DNA of 64,000 nucleotides from an uncultured Gammaproteobacteria bacterium (GCA_964648205.1 CAZYNT010000004.1:5588-69587); one strand, 5' to 3'. Counted from the first letter of the stretch, positions 1 through 8,757 are shown. Notes: generated from the letters alone by a model not told the origin. Program-made: numbers and translations.

Positions 1-1
1 A

Positions 2-175
2 GTTTTAGTGATTGAGCATAATATGCACATGCTTAAATCAATGGATTATATTATTGATTTGGGCCCAGATGGCGGAGAGGGCGGCGGACGCTTAGTAGCC
101 TCAGGCGCCCCGGAAGACATTGTTCGAGAGCCCAAGAGCGTTACCGGCAAGTATCTCAAAGAATATTTAAAATAA
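2..175 (+). CDS. uvrA: Excinuclease ABC subunit A, C-terminal end (5'-truncated by window edge)
   Basis: Open frame from position 2 to TAA at 173-175. It translates to VLVIEHNMHMLKSMDYIIDLGPDGGEGGGRLVASGAPEDIVREPKSVTGKYLKEYLK, the typical UvrA C-terminal ABC segment (IEHN...DLGPxGGxxGG...GxPE). Confidence 0.8.
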   Translation, partial: VLVIEHNMHMLKSMDYIIDLGPDGGEGGGRLVASGAPEDIVREPKSVTGKYLKEYLK

Positions 176-178
176 TTT

Positions 179-1036
179 ATGAATTGGCCTATTATCTTGG
201 CTTTTGGCGCAATGTTCGGTTGGGGATTTGGCGATTTTTTAATCCAAAGAACAATTAAAAAAATCGGCACCATTGAAACCCTATGTTGGATATCTTTATT
301 CAGTTCTATTGTTATTACTCCTTTTGTTTTTAAAGAATTAGGCGGCTTAACTAGTCCCCAACTCATAATTTTAATCGTTCTGGGGGCGGCTAACTTTGCC
401 AGTGGCTTCGTTCATTTCAAGGCTCTTAAAGTTGGCAAACTATCTGTAGTTGAGGTTATTCTGTCAATTGAGATGCCTCTTACTATTCTTTTAGGGTTAA
501 TTGTTTTTAAAGAAGTTTTAAGCGTCTGGCAAATAATTCTGATTATCTTATTATTCCTAGGCATCGTCCTAATTTCCGTCGACCCAGAAAAAATACATCG
601 CAAAGACTTTCTCGAGAAAGGGGCTTTTCTGGCCGTTCTATCCGGAGTTCTAGTGGCTTTAGTTAATTTCGGCAGCGCTTCGCAAGCAAAGGCACTTAGC
701 CCTTTAATGGCCATCTGGATACCTTGGTTTGTTTGCGGTCTAATCTGTTTTGCTCATATTAGCCGCAAACGCCTAAATAATTTCATTAGTTCGAGCCGAA
801 AAAATTGGCGCTTAGTTTCAATTATGATGTTAGTGGATTTATTCGCCTGGACTTCTTATGTCTTTGCGGTCGCGAAAGAGGAGCTAGCCATTACCATTGC
901 TATTACGGAAAGCTACGTCGTTATCGCCCTGATTCTTGGAGTAATAGTAAATAGGGAAAAAATAAAAAAGATTCAATATTTTGGAGCGGCTATAGCCGTT
1001 ATCTGTAGTTTGTTAATTGGTTTAAATAGTAAATAA
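179..1036 (+). CDS. EamA/DMT-family transporter (10 predicted TM helices)
   Basis: 285-aa very hydrophobic ORF with two-fold internal repeat architecture. The N-terminus FGAMFGWGFGDFLIQ is typical of EamA-like permeases. ATG lies 3 nt after the uvrA stop. Confidence 0.7.
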   Translation: MNWPIILAFGAMFGWGFGDFLIQRTIKKIGTIETLCWISLFSSIVITPFVFKELGGLTSPQLIILIVLGAANFASGFVHFKALKVGKLSVVEVILSIEMPLTILLGLIVFKEVLSVWQIILIILLFLGIVLISVDPEKIHRKDFLEKGAFLAVLSGVLVALVNFGSASQAKALSPLMAIWIPWFVCGLICFAHISRKRLNNFISSSRKNWRLVSIMMLVDLFAWTSYVFAVAKEELAITIAITESYVVIALILGVIVNREKIKKIQYFGAAIAVICSLLIGLNSK

Positions 1037-1312
1037 AAAAAACCGAGAAAAACAAGCAGCCGTTAACTGTCAGTTGGTCGACAATCACATACTTGATTTT
1101 TCTCGGTCTTTAGCCCATTTAGACAGTGACCCTTCAGGGTCGCAGGGATTTTTCCGGAGGCATATGGCTCGGGATAAAAATACACCTAATTAAGTCTTGG
1201 TGGACGGGTCCATTAGCGTCCCTCTGGGGACTTGATTAAAGGACGGGTAATACAAGCATTGGTCGGCACAGGCAGCCTTTCGGCCTTATGATTCAGCACC
1301 GAAACCAACAAC
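1037..1312 (-). ncRNA. Candidate structured small RNA of unknown class (about 275 nt)
   Basis: The 366-nt gap has no credible ORF on either strand. A minus-strand promoter-like element lies at 1316-1343. At the 3' end, a 15-bp stem (ACCGAGAAAAA-U-CAAG / CUUGUUUUUCUCGGU, about 1042-1107) is followed by U8 on the minus strand. Internal hairpins: GGCC-GAAA-GGCU (1274-1285), GUCCC-CAGA-GGGAC (1218-1231), GACCC-UGAA-GGGUC (1128-1141). Confidence 0.3.
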
Positions 1313-1315
1313 GCC

Positions 1316-1343
1316 AGCTTATCATTATTCATATTTATGTCAA
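1316..1343 (-). promoter_or_regulatory. Sigma70-like promoter for the candidate RNA
   Basis: Minus strand reads TTGACA (1343-1338), 16-nt spacer ending in TGa, then TAAGCT (1321-1316). This is an extended -10 type. Confidence 0.35.
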
Positions 1344-1402
1344 TATTAAAGAAAAAAAGTTTTCCACAAGAGGGTTTAAAGTAGATTTAAAAAAATATTT
1401 AC

Positions 1403-2584
1403 ATGATTTCAAAGTTAAAAAACAAACTCAAAACAGTCCCTAAGAAACCGGGCGTTTACTTCTGGCTCGATAAGCGCGGGAAAGTTTTGTATGTAGGCCG
1501 AGCAACTAAGCTGAAGAATCGATTGAGCCAATATTTTCAAAAAAATATTTCTCCTCGAATCGCGGAAATGGTTATGGCCGCAAACGATATTCGCTATGAA
1601 GTCACTGACACTCTATTAGAAGCGATAATTTTAGAGGCCAAAAATATAAAAAAGTTTTGGCCTAAATATAACATTGTTGATCGCGATGACCGTTCTTTTA
1701 TTTATGTTGTTATCCCCAAAATTCAGTTTGCTAGGCCGCTGATAGTCAGAGCGACTGATTTAAAAAAATTTCCTAAAACAAAATTTAAAGTCTTCGGCCC
1801 CTACCAGTCCTTTTATCTACTCCAAAATGCCCTCCGCTTAATCCGCCGCATCTTCCCGTATAGTAATTGCCAGCCGCATAGCGGTAAAGCCTGCTTTGAT
1901 TATCAGATCGGACTTTGCCCGGGCGCCTGCATCGATGCTATTTCCGCCCGCGATTACCAAAAGAATATTAACAATATTAGCTTGCTTTTAGCCGGAGAAA
2001 AGAAACGTCTCTTGGTGCGGCTCATAAAAGACAACCCAGATAAAATTAAGGCCTTAAAACATATCCAAGACGTTTCGCTTTTAACCCGAGAAGATAGTTT
2101 AAGTGAAATAAAAGTTAACCGCCTAGAAGGTTATGATATTTCTCATTACCAAGGAAAAGAAAGCTACGGCTCAATGGTTGTTTTTGAAAACGGGGAAGCG
2201 AATAGAAACGAATACCGTTTATTTAAAATAAAAGAAGCGCCGGGCGGAGATGATGAGCGCTCTCTTCAAGAAGTTTTACTAAGACGCTTTAAACATACCG
2301 AATGGGTGTTACCGGAAATTATCATGATTGACGGCGGTTCGCCGCAAATCAGCTTCTTATCTAAAATTTTCCAAACTAATAATATAAATATTCCTTTGGT
2401 TGGTATTTCAAAATTTAGCGGCGACAAGCTGGTTTTTGCGCCAAAAACCAAAAAAGAAATTAGAGATTTGGCCGACAACATTAAGCCGACTCTTCTTAAA
2501 CTCAGGGAAGAGGCGCATCGTTTTGCTAATTACGGCCGGAAACGGGCGCGCGTTGGAGTTAAAGCGCTTGACAAAATTAATTAA
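1403..2584 (+). CDS. uvrC: Compact excinuclease ABC subunit C (GIY-YIG plus RNase-H-like endonuclease domain; no C-terminal HhH2)
   Basis: N-terminal GIY-YIG (GVYFWLDKRGKVLYVGRATKLKNRLSQYF), Cys-containing central region (CFDYQIGLCPGAC) and the UvrC endonuclease core (EGYDISHYQG, MIDGGSPQ, EEAHRFA). Only 393 aa. Confidence 0.75.
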   Translation: MISKLKNKLKTVPKKPGVYFWLDKRGKVLYVGRATKLKNRLSQYFQKNISPRIAEMVMAANDIRYEVTDTLLEAIILEAKNIKKFWPKYNIVDRDDRSFIYVVIPKIQFARPLIVRATDLKKFPKTKFKVFGPYQSFYLLQNALRLIRRIFPYSNCQPHSGKACFDYQIGLCPGACIDAISARDYQKNINNISLLLAGEKKRLLVRLIKDNPDKIKALKHIQDVSLLTREDSLSEIKVNRLEGYDISHYQGKESYGSMVVFENGEANRNEYRLFKIKEAPGGDDERSLQEVLLRRFKHTEWVLPEIIMIDGGSPQISFLSKIFQTNNINIPLVGISKFSGDKLVFAPKTKKEIRDLADNIKPTLLKLREEAHRFANYGRKRARVGVKALDKIN

Positions 2585-2595
2585 TCTGCTAATAT
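2568..2595 (+). promoter_or_regulatory. Promoter of the rplJL operon, inside the uvrC 3' end
   Basis: TTGACA (2568-2573), 16-nt spacer ending TGc, TAATAT (2590-2595). Confidence 0.5.
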
Positions 2596-2601
2596 TCTTA
2601 C

Positions 2602-2726
2602 ATAACTAATATCTACTACCACAGACAGCCAGCCTGGTACTATGTGCCTATAAGTCTTGCCGAGGTAAAAATTCGCTTCTTAAAGCGTTTTCTCGTCTGT
2701 GGTAACACAGATTTTTTTGTATCAAT
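2602..2726 (+). promoter_or_regulatory. Ribosomal protein L10 leader-like attenuator
   Basis: A long-range helix pairs ACCACAGAC (2618-2626) with GUCUGUGGU (2695-2703). Its 3' strand overlaps an intrinsic terminator, UCUGUG-GUAA-CACAGA plus U7 (2696-2718), which sits immediately upstream of rplJ. Confidence 0.5.
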
Positions 2727-3257
2727 ATGCCAAAAAATAAAATTCAAAAAGGAGAAATTCTACGTAATTTAAGAGAAAAAATTAAAAAATCAAAATCGGT
2801 TGTCTTTGCCGGCTTTAATGCTTTGACAGTTAAAGACAATGAAAATCTGCGCGCTCAACTCAGAAAAGAAAATAGCGAATACTATGTCGCCAAGAAGACT
2901 TTAATGAATATCGCCTTCAAGGATCAAATCAAAGATTTAAATGTCCGCGATATGGACGGCAAGTTGGCTGCGGTTTTCTCTTATGAAGATGAAGTCGCGC
3001 CGGCAAAAATTCTAGGCAACTTCCGCAAAGATAAAGAAAAGGCCACTAAGGTATTTTTCTTGGGCGGTATTTTGGAAAATAAATTATTATCCAAACAAGA
3101 AGTTGAAGCCTTATCTCAATTACCAAGCAAGACTGAATTATATGCCAAATTAGTTGGTTCATTGAACGCGCCAATCTCTGGCTTCGTTAACGCGCTCGCT
3201 GGCAACTTGAAAAATTTGGTCTACGTTTTAAAAGCGATCGAGGAAAAGAAAGCTTAA
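2727..3257 (+). CDS. rplJ: 50S ribosomal protein L10
   Basis: 176 aa, directly upstream of rplL. Typical L10 N-terminal region (KSKSVVFAGFNALTVKDNENLRAQLR). Confidence 0.9.
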   Translation: MPKNKIQKGEILRNLREKIKKSKSVVFAGFNALTVKDNENLRAQLRKENSEYYVAKKTLMNIAFKDQIKDLNVRDMDGKLAAVFSYEDEVAPAKILGNFRKDKEKATKVFFLGGILENKLLSKQEVEALSQLPSKTELYAKLVGSLNAPISGFVNALAGNLKNLVYVLKAIEEKKA

Positions 3258-3293
3258 GTATAATAAATAATTAAAATAATTAATTTTAAATCT

Positions 3294-3689
3294 ATGGAAG
3301 AAAAAAATGTTGTTGTACCGGCTAAATTTGAAAAGCTGGTCGGCGAAATCGAAAAAATGAGCGTTCTAGATTTAGCAGAACTCGTTAAAATCTTGGAAGA
3401 AAAATTCGGCGTCAGCGCCTCTGCTCCGGCCATGATGATGGCTCCGGGTGCGGCGGCCGCGGCTCCGGTTGAAGAAAAAGATAGCTTCGACGTTGAAATT
3501 ACCGATGGCGGCGCTAGCAAAATCAATGTTATCAAGGCTGTCCGCGAACTGACGGAAATGGGATTAAAAGAAGCCAAAGACTTAGTCGATGGCGCTCCTA
3601 AGGTTCTAAAGGAAGGTGTTAAAAAAGCCGATGCTGAAGCTATGAAAAAGAAATTAGAAGAAGCGGGTGCTAAAGTAACTCTAAAGTAA
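3294..3689 (+). CDS. rplL: 50S ribosomal protein L7/L12
   Basis: 131 aa with an Ala/Pro hinge ([18 protein letters not shown]) and the conserved C-terminal domain ([34 protein letters not shown]). Confidence 0.95.
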   Translation: MEEKNVVVPAKFEKLVGEIEKMSVLDLAELVKILEEKFGVSASAPAMMMAPGAAAAAPVEEKDSFDVEITDGGASKINVIKAVRELTEMGLKEAKDLVDGAPKVLKEGVKKADAEAMKKKLEEAGAKVTLK

Positions 3690-3709
3690 TTTCCCGATTC
3701 TAATAAACA

Positions 3710-3736
3710 AAAAACCGCTCTAGAGCGGTTTTTTGT
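3710..3736. terminator. Bidirectional intrinsic terminator (rplL and the convergent 3768-6011 gene)
   Basis: A-run, then ACCGCTC-TA-GAGCGGT stem, then T-run. Confidence 0.7.
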
Positions 3737-3767
3737 TTGTGCTAAGACTAATTAATAATTTGACAAT

Positions 3768-6011
3768 CTACTGATTCAAATTAATGCGATATATTGCCTC
3801 TCCGTCCAAGAAGTAGGCCAGCTTACCAGTCTCATCAATCGCAAAATCTTTTGGTTGATTCAGGGAATTTATTTGATATTGATTCATCAGGTGGCCGTCT
3901 TTAATAGCTAAAACAACCAAACGCTTAGAGCTAGCTTCAAAAATATAAACATATTTTGCTCCGACAATAATCTTGCTGGCGCTGGTCATAACCGGAGACG
4001 GTGCCGTGGCGCCATAATCTGCCGGCTTATTAAGATAAAACTTCAAAATTTGCCCATTTGATTTTAAAATATAAATGCTGCCGTCGATAAATAAGTCGCT
4101 CGCCGCGCTTAAATCAACCGGAGTTTTAAGCCAATCCGTTTTGGCACTATATCCGCCCTTGCTAAGGCTAAAACGATAAATTTGATTTTTATTTTTTGCT
4201 AACACATAAAGGCTGCTGCCGAAAATCTTAAAACTCGTTAAACCGTCAGCGTTAAATTCGCTGGTAACATTAACCAAACTTGATTGGCGGGTCTTTAAAT
4301 TAAATTGAACAATCTTATTATTATCCCAATAATAGATGGAGCTTTTTCTATCGAATTGCGGATTATTCAAGTTCAGGGCGCCCTCGACTTCAAAGCGCGT
4401 TGAAGAGGCTGATTGCGGGATTAGGCCGAATAACATTTTGCCGCCAGACGCGTAAATCTTTCCATCCGCCCAAACAATATTAGAAATTTGCAGGCCGCTT
4501 AAATCGTTTACTTTCTCAGCCGAATCAATTTTAACGATTTTCTGGATTTTATCCGCCTGTAAATTTAATTTGTTTTCCAAATTAGAATAGACGGCCATTT
4601 GATCTTTTTTCTCCCGAGGCAAATAGCTGAGAAGAGCCTGGGCGTCAACCAGCGCTGTTTTAGCTGCCTCTTCATTGCCGTACAGCAAGAGAGAATCTAT
4701 AGAGCCTTGCCTTTCTTCAATCGTCGCCACTAAATTATTATAATTATTCTTCGCCGCCTGCTGTTTTCTCGACCAGCTGGTGATTCCCAGGCTGGCGATA
4801 AAAATAAGGATAACGGCGGATAAAACAACAAATAACCAGCGATTTTTTTTATTCAGACTGCTAAGCCAAGCGCGCAAATTAGCAACTAAGCCCGGCCAGA
4901 AACGAAAACTAAAAAGATTGGGCAGGCTGGATGATATCTTTTTAAACACGGAAGTAAGCCAATTCGGCTTCTTTTTAAATGAGAAGGAATCGGCGCGGGC
5001 TAAGTTCAAGCTCTTGACCCTGCTTAAATCAAGCAAAGGGCTCGCCGCTTTCTTTTCGTCTCCGCCGCGATAAACTTTTTTGAGGTTGAGAACCGGGCTG
5101 GGTTTAGCTTTATTAATAAACGAACGGACATCTTTATAGACTTTGGAAAAATTAATAAGACCGGCCGGCGCCAACATCCTTTCTGTTTTTTGTTCTGTAT
5201 AATTCAAACTGGAAATCGAACTATGGGCCGTCAAATTTTCTTCAATCTCATCGTGCACCTCCTGATTGTCGGCGCCCACTGTATTTTTTATAATAACTCC
5301 CAAGAAGGGAATAAAGGAGTTTATTTTCGCTAAAATATTTTTTATCTGTTCAGCGGCGACGATGGGCGGCAACTTGCTTATTATATTGACCAAATCTTTG
5401 CTGGAAATATACTCAGGCATCGCCTCCGAAGCAAATATAAAATAGGAGCCGACCGGAATTTCTCCGCTGATAACAGAGGAAAAGATTGAGGGAGATTTAA
5501 AAGACGCTCCATCCTTACCCGGCGCTTCGGTTTCAGGGTTCGAGTCGGCGGCGTTAGCTTCAACATTAATTATTTCATACTGCTCGCCGTGGCGATAAAT
5601 TAGAAGCGCCCGGTTTTTCCCAAAACTGGAAAAATACAGCTTATTTTCATAAATCACGCCAATCGTTAAATTGGTGGCCGCCAGGTTCAATTTGATTTTT
5701 TCCGCCGTTAAAAATTCGTTTAAATTTTTATTGGTTTTAGAAACGGCCGCTTCGAAAATATTTTCTATTTTCAAGCCCTCAATCTTATCTTTAAGCAGAA
5801 TCTTCTCATCATTATAATAATTATCATCAAGACTGGAAATCAAAAAATTCAAGATCTTGCGACCTTCGGCTTTTTTGCCGCTAATTTCGGCAACGATAAA
5901 TATTTTTCCGGCAAGAGTCTCTTTAAGGGAGTCCGGTTGAGCCACAAAGACATCGCTCAGACCGTTTGACTTTCCTGAGTTTAAAATGATGGGGGCGATT
6001 TTATTATACAT
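3768..6011 (-). CDS. Single-pass membrane protein of unknown function (N-terminal cytoplasmic domain, one TM helix, C-terminal beta-rich outer domain)
   Basis: Long ORF. The track start at 6017 is TTG; the first ATG is at 6011 (MYNKIAPII). One hydrophobic helix (WLFVVLSAVILIFIASLGITSW) mid-protein. The C-terminal third has recurring IY/LY-x-beta-strand patterns. Confidence 0.6.
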   Translation of the reverse strand: MYNKIAPIILNSGKSNGLSDVFVAQPDSLKETLAGKIFIVAEISGKKAEGRKILNFLISSLDDNYYNDEKILLKDKIEGLKIENIFEAAVSKTNKNLNEFLTAEKIKLNLAATNLTIGVIYENKLYFSSFGKNRALLIYRHGEQYEIINVEANAADSNPETEAPGKDGASFKSPSIFSSVISGEIPVGSYFIFASEAMPEYISSKDLVNIISKLPPIVAAEQIKNILAKINSFIPFLGVIIKNTVGADNQEVHDEIEENLTAHSSISSLNYTEQKTERMLAPAGLINFSKVYKDVRSFINKAKPSPVLNLKKVYRGGDEKKAASPLLDLSRVKSLNLARADSFSFKKKPNWLTSVFKKISSSLPNLFSFRFWPGLVANLRAWLSSLNKKNRWLFVVLSAVILIFIASLGITSWSRKQQAAKNNYNNLVATIEERQGSIDSLLLYGNEEAAKTALVDAQALLSYLPREKKDQMAVYSNLENKLNLQADKIQKIVKIDSAEKVNDLSGLQISNIVWADGKIYASGGKMLFGLIPQSASSTRFEVEGALNLNNPQFDRKSSIYYWDNNKIVQFNLKTRQSSLVNVTSEFNADGLTSFKIFGSSLYVLAKNKNQIYRFSLSKGGYSAKTDWLKTPVDLSAASDLFIDGSIYILKSNGQILKFYLNKPADYGATAPSPVMTSASKIIVGAKYVYIFEASSKRLVVLAIKDGHLMNQYQINSLNQPKDFAIDETGKLAYFLDGEAIYRINLNQ

Positions 6012-6097
6012 AAGCAAAATTTCAATCTTTTGATTGATTTCGTCTGTTTGACTGTTTATGATATATATTATACTATAAATCTATAAATAAAGAAAAT

Positions 6098-6703
6098 ATG
6101 CTTAATGCAATTTTCGGTTCTGAGGCCAGAGTAAAAATCCTAAATCTTTTTCTGCTTCATCCCGAAACTAAATACTACATCCTTCAAATAGCTCGTGATT
6201 TAAAGTTGCCGGCTAATTTGGTGCGCCGGGAGGTAGATAATATTCTGAAATTAGGCTTGATTACGTCCGTTTCCGCCCCTCTAGTTGACCAGCCGGAAAA
6301 CAGGAAAAATAAAGCAAAGGATGAAAAGAAATACTTCGAGGCGAATAAAAGCTTTATTCTTTATCCGGAAATAAAGGCGTTATTTATTAAAGCGCAGGTT
6401 ATTTCCAGCCAAAAGTTCATCTCCAATCTTCAAAAAAATTTTCAACCGAAATTATTGGCTCTCACCGGTTTTTTTACAAATTCACCTGAAGCAAAAACCG
6501 ATATTTTAATCGTCGGGCATATTAAGCGGCCCGCTTTTTTAAAACTAATCGCCGAACTCGAAAAAGATTTCGGCCGGGAAATCAATTTTACTATCTTAGA
6601 GGAAAAAGAATTTAGGTATCGCCAAGATATCATGGATATTTTTCTTTACAACATCTTGGAAGGGAAGACTATCACCCTGATCGATAGTTTAACTCATAAA
6701 TAA
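6098..6703 (+). CDS. Winged-helix (ArsR/MarR-like) DNA-binding protein
   Basis: The N-terminus ARVKILNLFLLHPETKYYILQIARDLKLPANLVRREVDNILKLGLI fits a wHTH pattern. Stop lies 3 nt before the next gene. Confidence 0.5.
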   Translation: MLNAIFGSEARVKILNLFLLHPETKYYILQIARDLKLPANLVRREVDNILKLGLITSVSAPLVDQPENRKNKAKDEKKYFEANKSFILYPEIKALFIKAQVISSQKFISNLQKNFQPKLLALTGFFTNSPEAKTDILIVGHIKRPAFLKLIAELEKDFGREINFTILEEKEFRYRQDIMDIFLYNILEGKTITLIDSLTHK

Positions 6704-6706
6704 ACT

Positions 6707-8584
6707 ATGAAAAATTCCTTTCTTTATTCATTAAACATCCTCGCCAAATTATTAAAATATATTCTGATTGCAGTCGTCGGACTTTTTTTTATATTGCTTA
6801 TTCTCCTGAGCAACACCTATCGTAATTTTAAATCAGCTTACAGCCTGGGGTTGCAAGGAAAAAATAAATTAACCGAAGCGATTGCCCAAGTCAAAACCAA
6901 AAATTGGGATGAGGCTTTGAAAAATACCCAGGCAGCCGAGCAGAATTTTACGCTCGCTTTAAATAATCTAGAAGATTCTCGAAAAAATATCGTCATCCGC
7001 AAAAGCACTGTTTTCCAAAATCAAGTAAACGATCTTGAATATCTTCTTAAAACCACAGAAATCATCAGCCGTTCTCTGGAGCGCTCCATTCCCCTGGCAA
7101 AATCATTGGAAAAAATAAAAAGCGGAGCGTCCGGAGGCAGCTTCGTTAATTTAAAGAGCGAAGAAAAGGCGCAATTCTTAAAATTAATTTACGAGTCGGA
7201 ACCAGAACTTAACGGCTTAAAGGCGAACCTTGATTTAGCCTTGTTAAATATTAACAAAATCCACCGCATTGGCATTCTTTGGCCCATTTACGGCCAGATT
7301 ACTGAATATAAGCTTCAACTCCAGCAAGCGGCCGATTTAATGGCCAAACTGGCGCCGCTGGCGAAATTACTGCCGGCACTGGGCGGATATCCTCAAGAAA
7401 GCAATTTTCTTATTCTTCTCCAAAATAACGATGAACTCCGGCCGACAGGCGGCTTCATCGGCGTCTTCGGGCTGGCAAAAACAAAAAACGGCGAAATCTT
7501 ATCTCTTCTAACCGATGACAGCTATCATCTGGATATGCCCGCCATTGATAAATGGAAAAAAGAACCGCCAATACCGATAAAAAAATATCTCAAAGTAGAA
7601 AATTGGTATTTGCGCGACGCTAACTGGGTTCCGGATTGGGCGCTGGCTGCTCAAAAAATAAATGAAATCTATACGGGGGAAAGCCTGGCGATTGGCTCGC
7701 CGGCACCGGAATTTAAAGGTATTATCGCTATTAACCCGGATTTTATCAGCGGCCTTCTTAAGCTCGTCGGCCCGATTAATATCAAGGGAGAGAATTATAC
7801 GCCCGAAAATTTTCAAGAACTGCTGCAATATAATGTTGAAATAGCTTATAAAGACCGCAACATTTCTTCTTGGGACAGGAAAGAAATCATCAACGAATTG
7901 CTTTCTGAGCTAAAATCACGGCTTTTTAATCTGCCGTCTAAAGATTGGGTGGCTTTACTCAAGACTTTGGATAGTAATATCGCTTCCAAAGATATTCAAT
8001 TATATTTTAATAACGAATCTCTCCAGGCTCTCGCTCGAAACTTAGGGGCAAGCGGGGAAGTAAAGCAAACTGCGGGCGACTATCTGATGGTGGTCGATGC
8101 TAATTTAGCCGCTTTCAAAAGCGACGCGGTCGTCAAGAAAAAAATTTCTTATAGCGTGAACGAACACAGCGGCAACACGACGGCAGGTCTAATTTTAAAT
8201 TATCGCCATGAAGGTGATTTTAATTGGCGCACTACGCGCTACCGCAGCTATACGAGAATCTACACGCCCCTAGGAAGCCGCCTGATTTCTTATTCTGGTC
8301 TAGACAGCGATAAGGCCGATTGGACCGTTCTTGATGATCCGATTTTAAACAAGACTATCTTCGGTTTTTTCTTTACAATTGAGCCCGGAACGGAAAAAGA
8401 TATTATTATCCGCTATGCTTTGCCGGACAGTATTAATAAGCAAATGATAAATAATAATTACGAACTATTGGTTCAAAAGCAATCAGGACGCAGGACCCAG
8501 GAATTAAGAGTTGATCTTAACCCGCAGAGAGGAGGCAGGAAGGACTGGGCGACAGATTTAAAGACCGATAGGATATTTAAATAA
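6707..8584 (+). CDS. DUF4012-domain membrane-anchored protein
   Basis: N-terminal TM helix and the hallmark segment LLQNNDELRPTGGFIGVFG (NxxExRPTGGFIG), characteristic of DUF4012. Confidence 0.7.
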   Translation: MKNSFLYSLNILAKLLKYILIAVVGLFFILLILLSNTYRNFKSAYSLGLQGKNKLTEAIAQVKTKNWDEALKNTQAAEQNFTLALNNLEDSRKNIVIRKSTVFQNQVNDLEYLLKTTEIISRSLERSIPLAKSLEKIKSGASGGSFVNLKSEEKAQFLKLIYESEPELNGLKANLDLALLNINKIHRIGILWPIYGQITEYKLQLQQAADLMAKLAPLAKLLPALGGYPQESNFLILLQNNDELRPTGGFIGVFGLAKTKNGEILSLLTDDSYHLDMPAIDKWKKEPPIPIKKYLKVENWYLRDANWVPDWALAAQKINEIYTGESLAIGSPAPEFKGIIAINPDFISGLLKLVGPINIKGENYTPENFQELLQYNVEIAYKDRNISSWDRKEIINELLSELKSRLFNLPSKDWVALLKTLDSNIASKDIQLYFNNESLQALARNLGASGEVKQTAGDYLMVVDANLAAFKSDAVVKKKISYSVNEHSGNTTAGLILNYRHEGDFNWRTTRYRSYTRIYTPLGSRLISYSGLDSDKADWTVLDDPILNKTIFGFFFTIEPGTEKDIIIRYALPDSINKQMINNNYELLVQKQSGRRTQELRVDLNPQRGGRKDWATDLKTDRIFK

Positions 8585-8611
8585 TTTATATTGTTAAAAT
8601 AATTATTAAGA

Positions 8612-8645
8612 TAAAAAAAATCGCTAAAATTAGCGGTTTTTTTAA
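8612..8645 (+). terminator. Intrinsic terminator after the DUF4012 gene
   Basis: CGCTA-AAAT-TAGCG stem followed by T8. Confidence 0.6.
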
Positions 8646-8652
8646 AAAATGT

Positions 8653-8680
8653 TTGACAAAAATACCAAAAAAATTATATA
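8653..8680 (+). promoter_or_regulatory. Promoter of gene 8758-9891
   Basis: TTGACA (8653-8658), 16-nt spacer, TATATA (8675-8680). Confidence 0.5.
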
Positions 8681-8757
8681 CTCATTAGTCGGTTTATCCA
8701 ATCGATCTTTAACAAAAAACAAACAACCAAAAAAATAATCAGATAAAACTCCAAAAA

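Noticed and set aside
1037-1312. Assigning the candidate RNA to tmRNA, RNase P RNA, SRP RNA or 6S RNA.
   Set aside because: - tmRNA: the 5' end (GGCGUUGUUGGUUUCGG) only loosely resembles a tmRNA start. There is no complementary 3' acceptor strand plus CCA and no tag ORF ending in ...AA-stop.
- RNase P: the P4 sequences (GGAAAGUCC / ACAGAA..GGCUUA) are absent.
- SRP RNA: the helix-8 motif (GGAA loop followed by GGAAGCAG) is absent.
- 6S RNA: the length and architecture do not obviously fit.
1360-1368. DnaA-box-like 9-mer TTTTCCACA upstream of uvrC, raising the possibility of oriC.
   Set aside because: It is a single isolated box with no cluster, no AT-rich unwinding element and no dnaA/dnaN nearby. 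A dif-like site lies 27 kb away, which makes an origin here unlikely.
3254-3577. The ORF track lists many ORFs of 60-140 aa lying antisense to, or out of frame within, well-supported genes. Examples: 46-366, 412-714, 3254-3577 (antisense to rplL), 24724-25092, 35897-36307, 38335-38751, 44144-44563, 51180-51605, 52414-52740, 61934-62347.
   Set aside because: They lie entirely inside strongly supported genes. They have low-complexity or Ser/Leu/Phe-rich compositions typical of antisense frames, and no promoter or start context of their own.
6012-6017. N-terminal extensions of ORF-track models that begin at TTG/GTG or at upstream ATGs: 6017, 41825, 50908, 50875, 44740, 49062, 63834.
   Set aside because: - Reading the DNA shows TTG or GTG at these positions, or overlap with the preceding gene or with a promoter/leader element.
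- A downstream ATG gives canonical N-termini (MYNK.., MSLAKK.., MVSPN.., MNKLTNY.., MSNLKPI.., MSNLRIV..).
- 63834 is an internal GTG of a gene that continues past the window edge.
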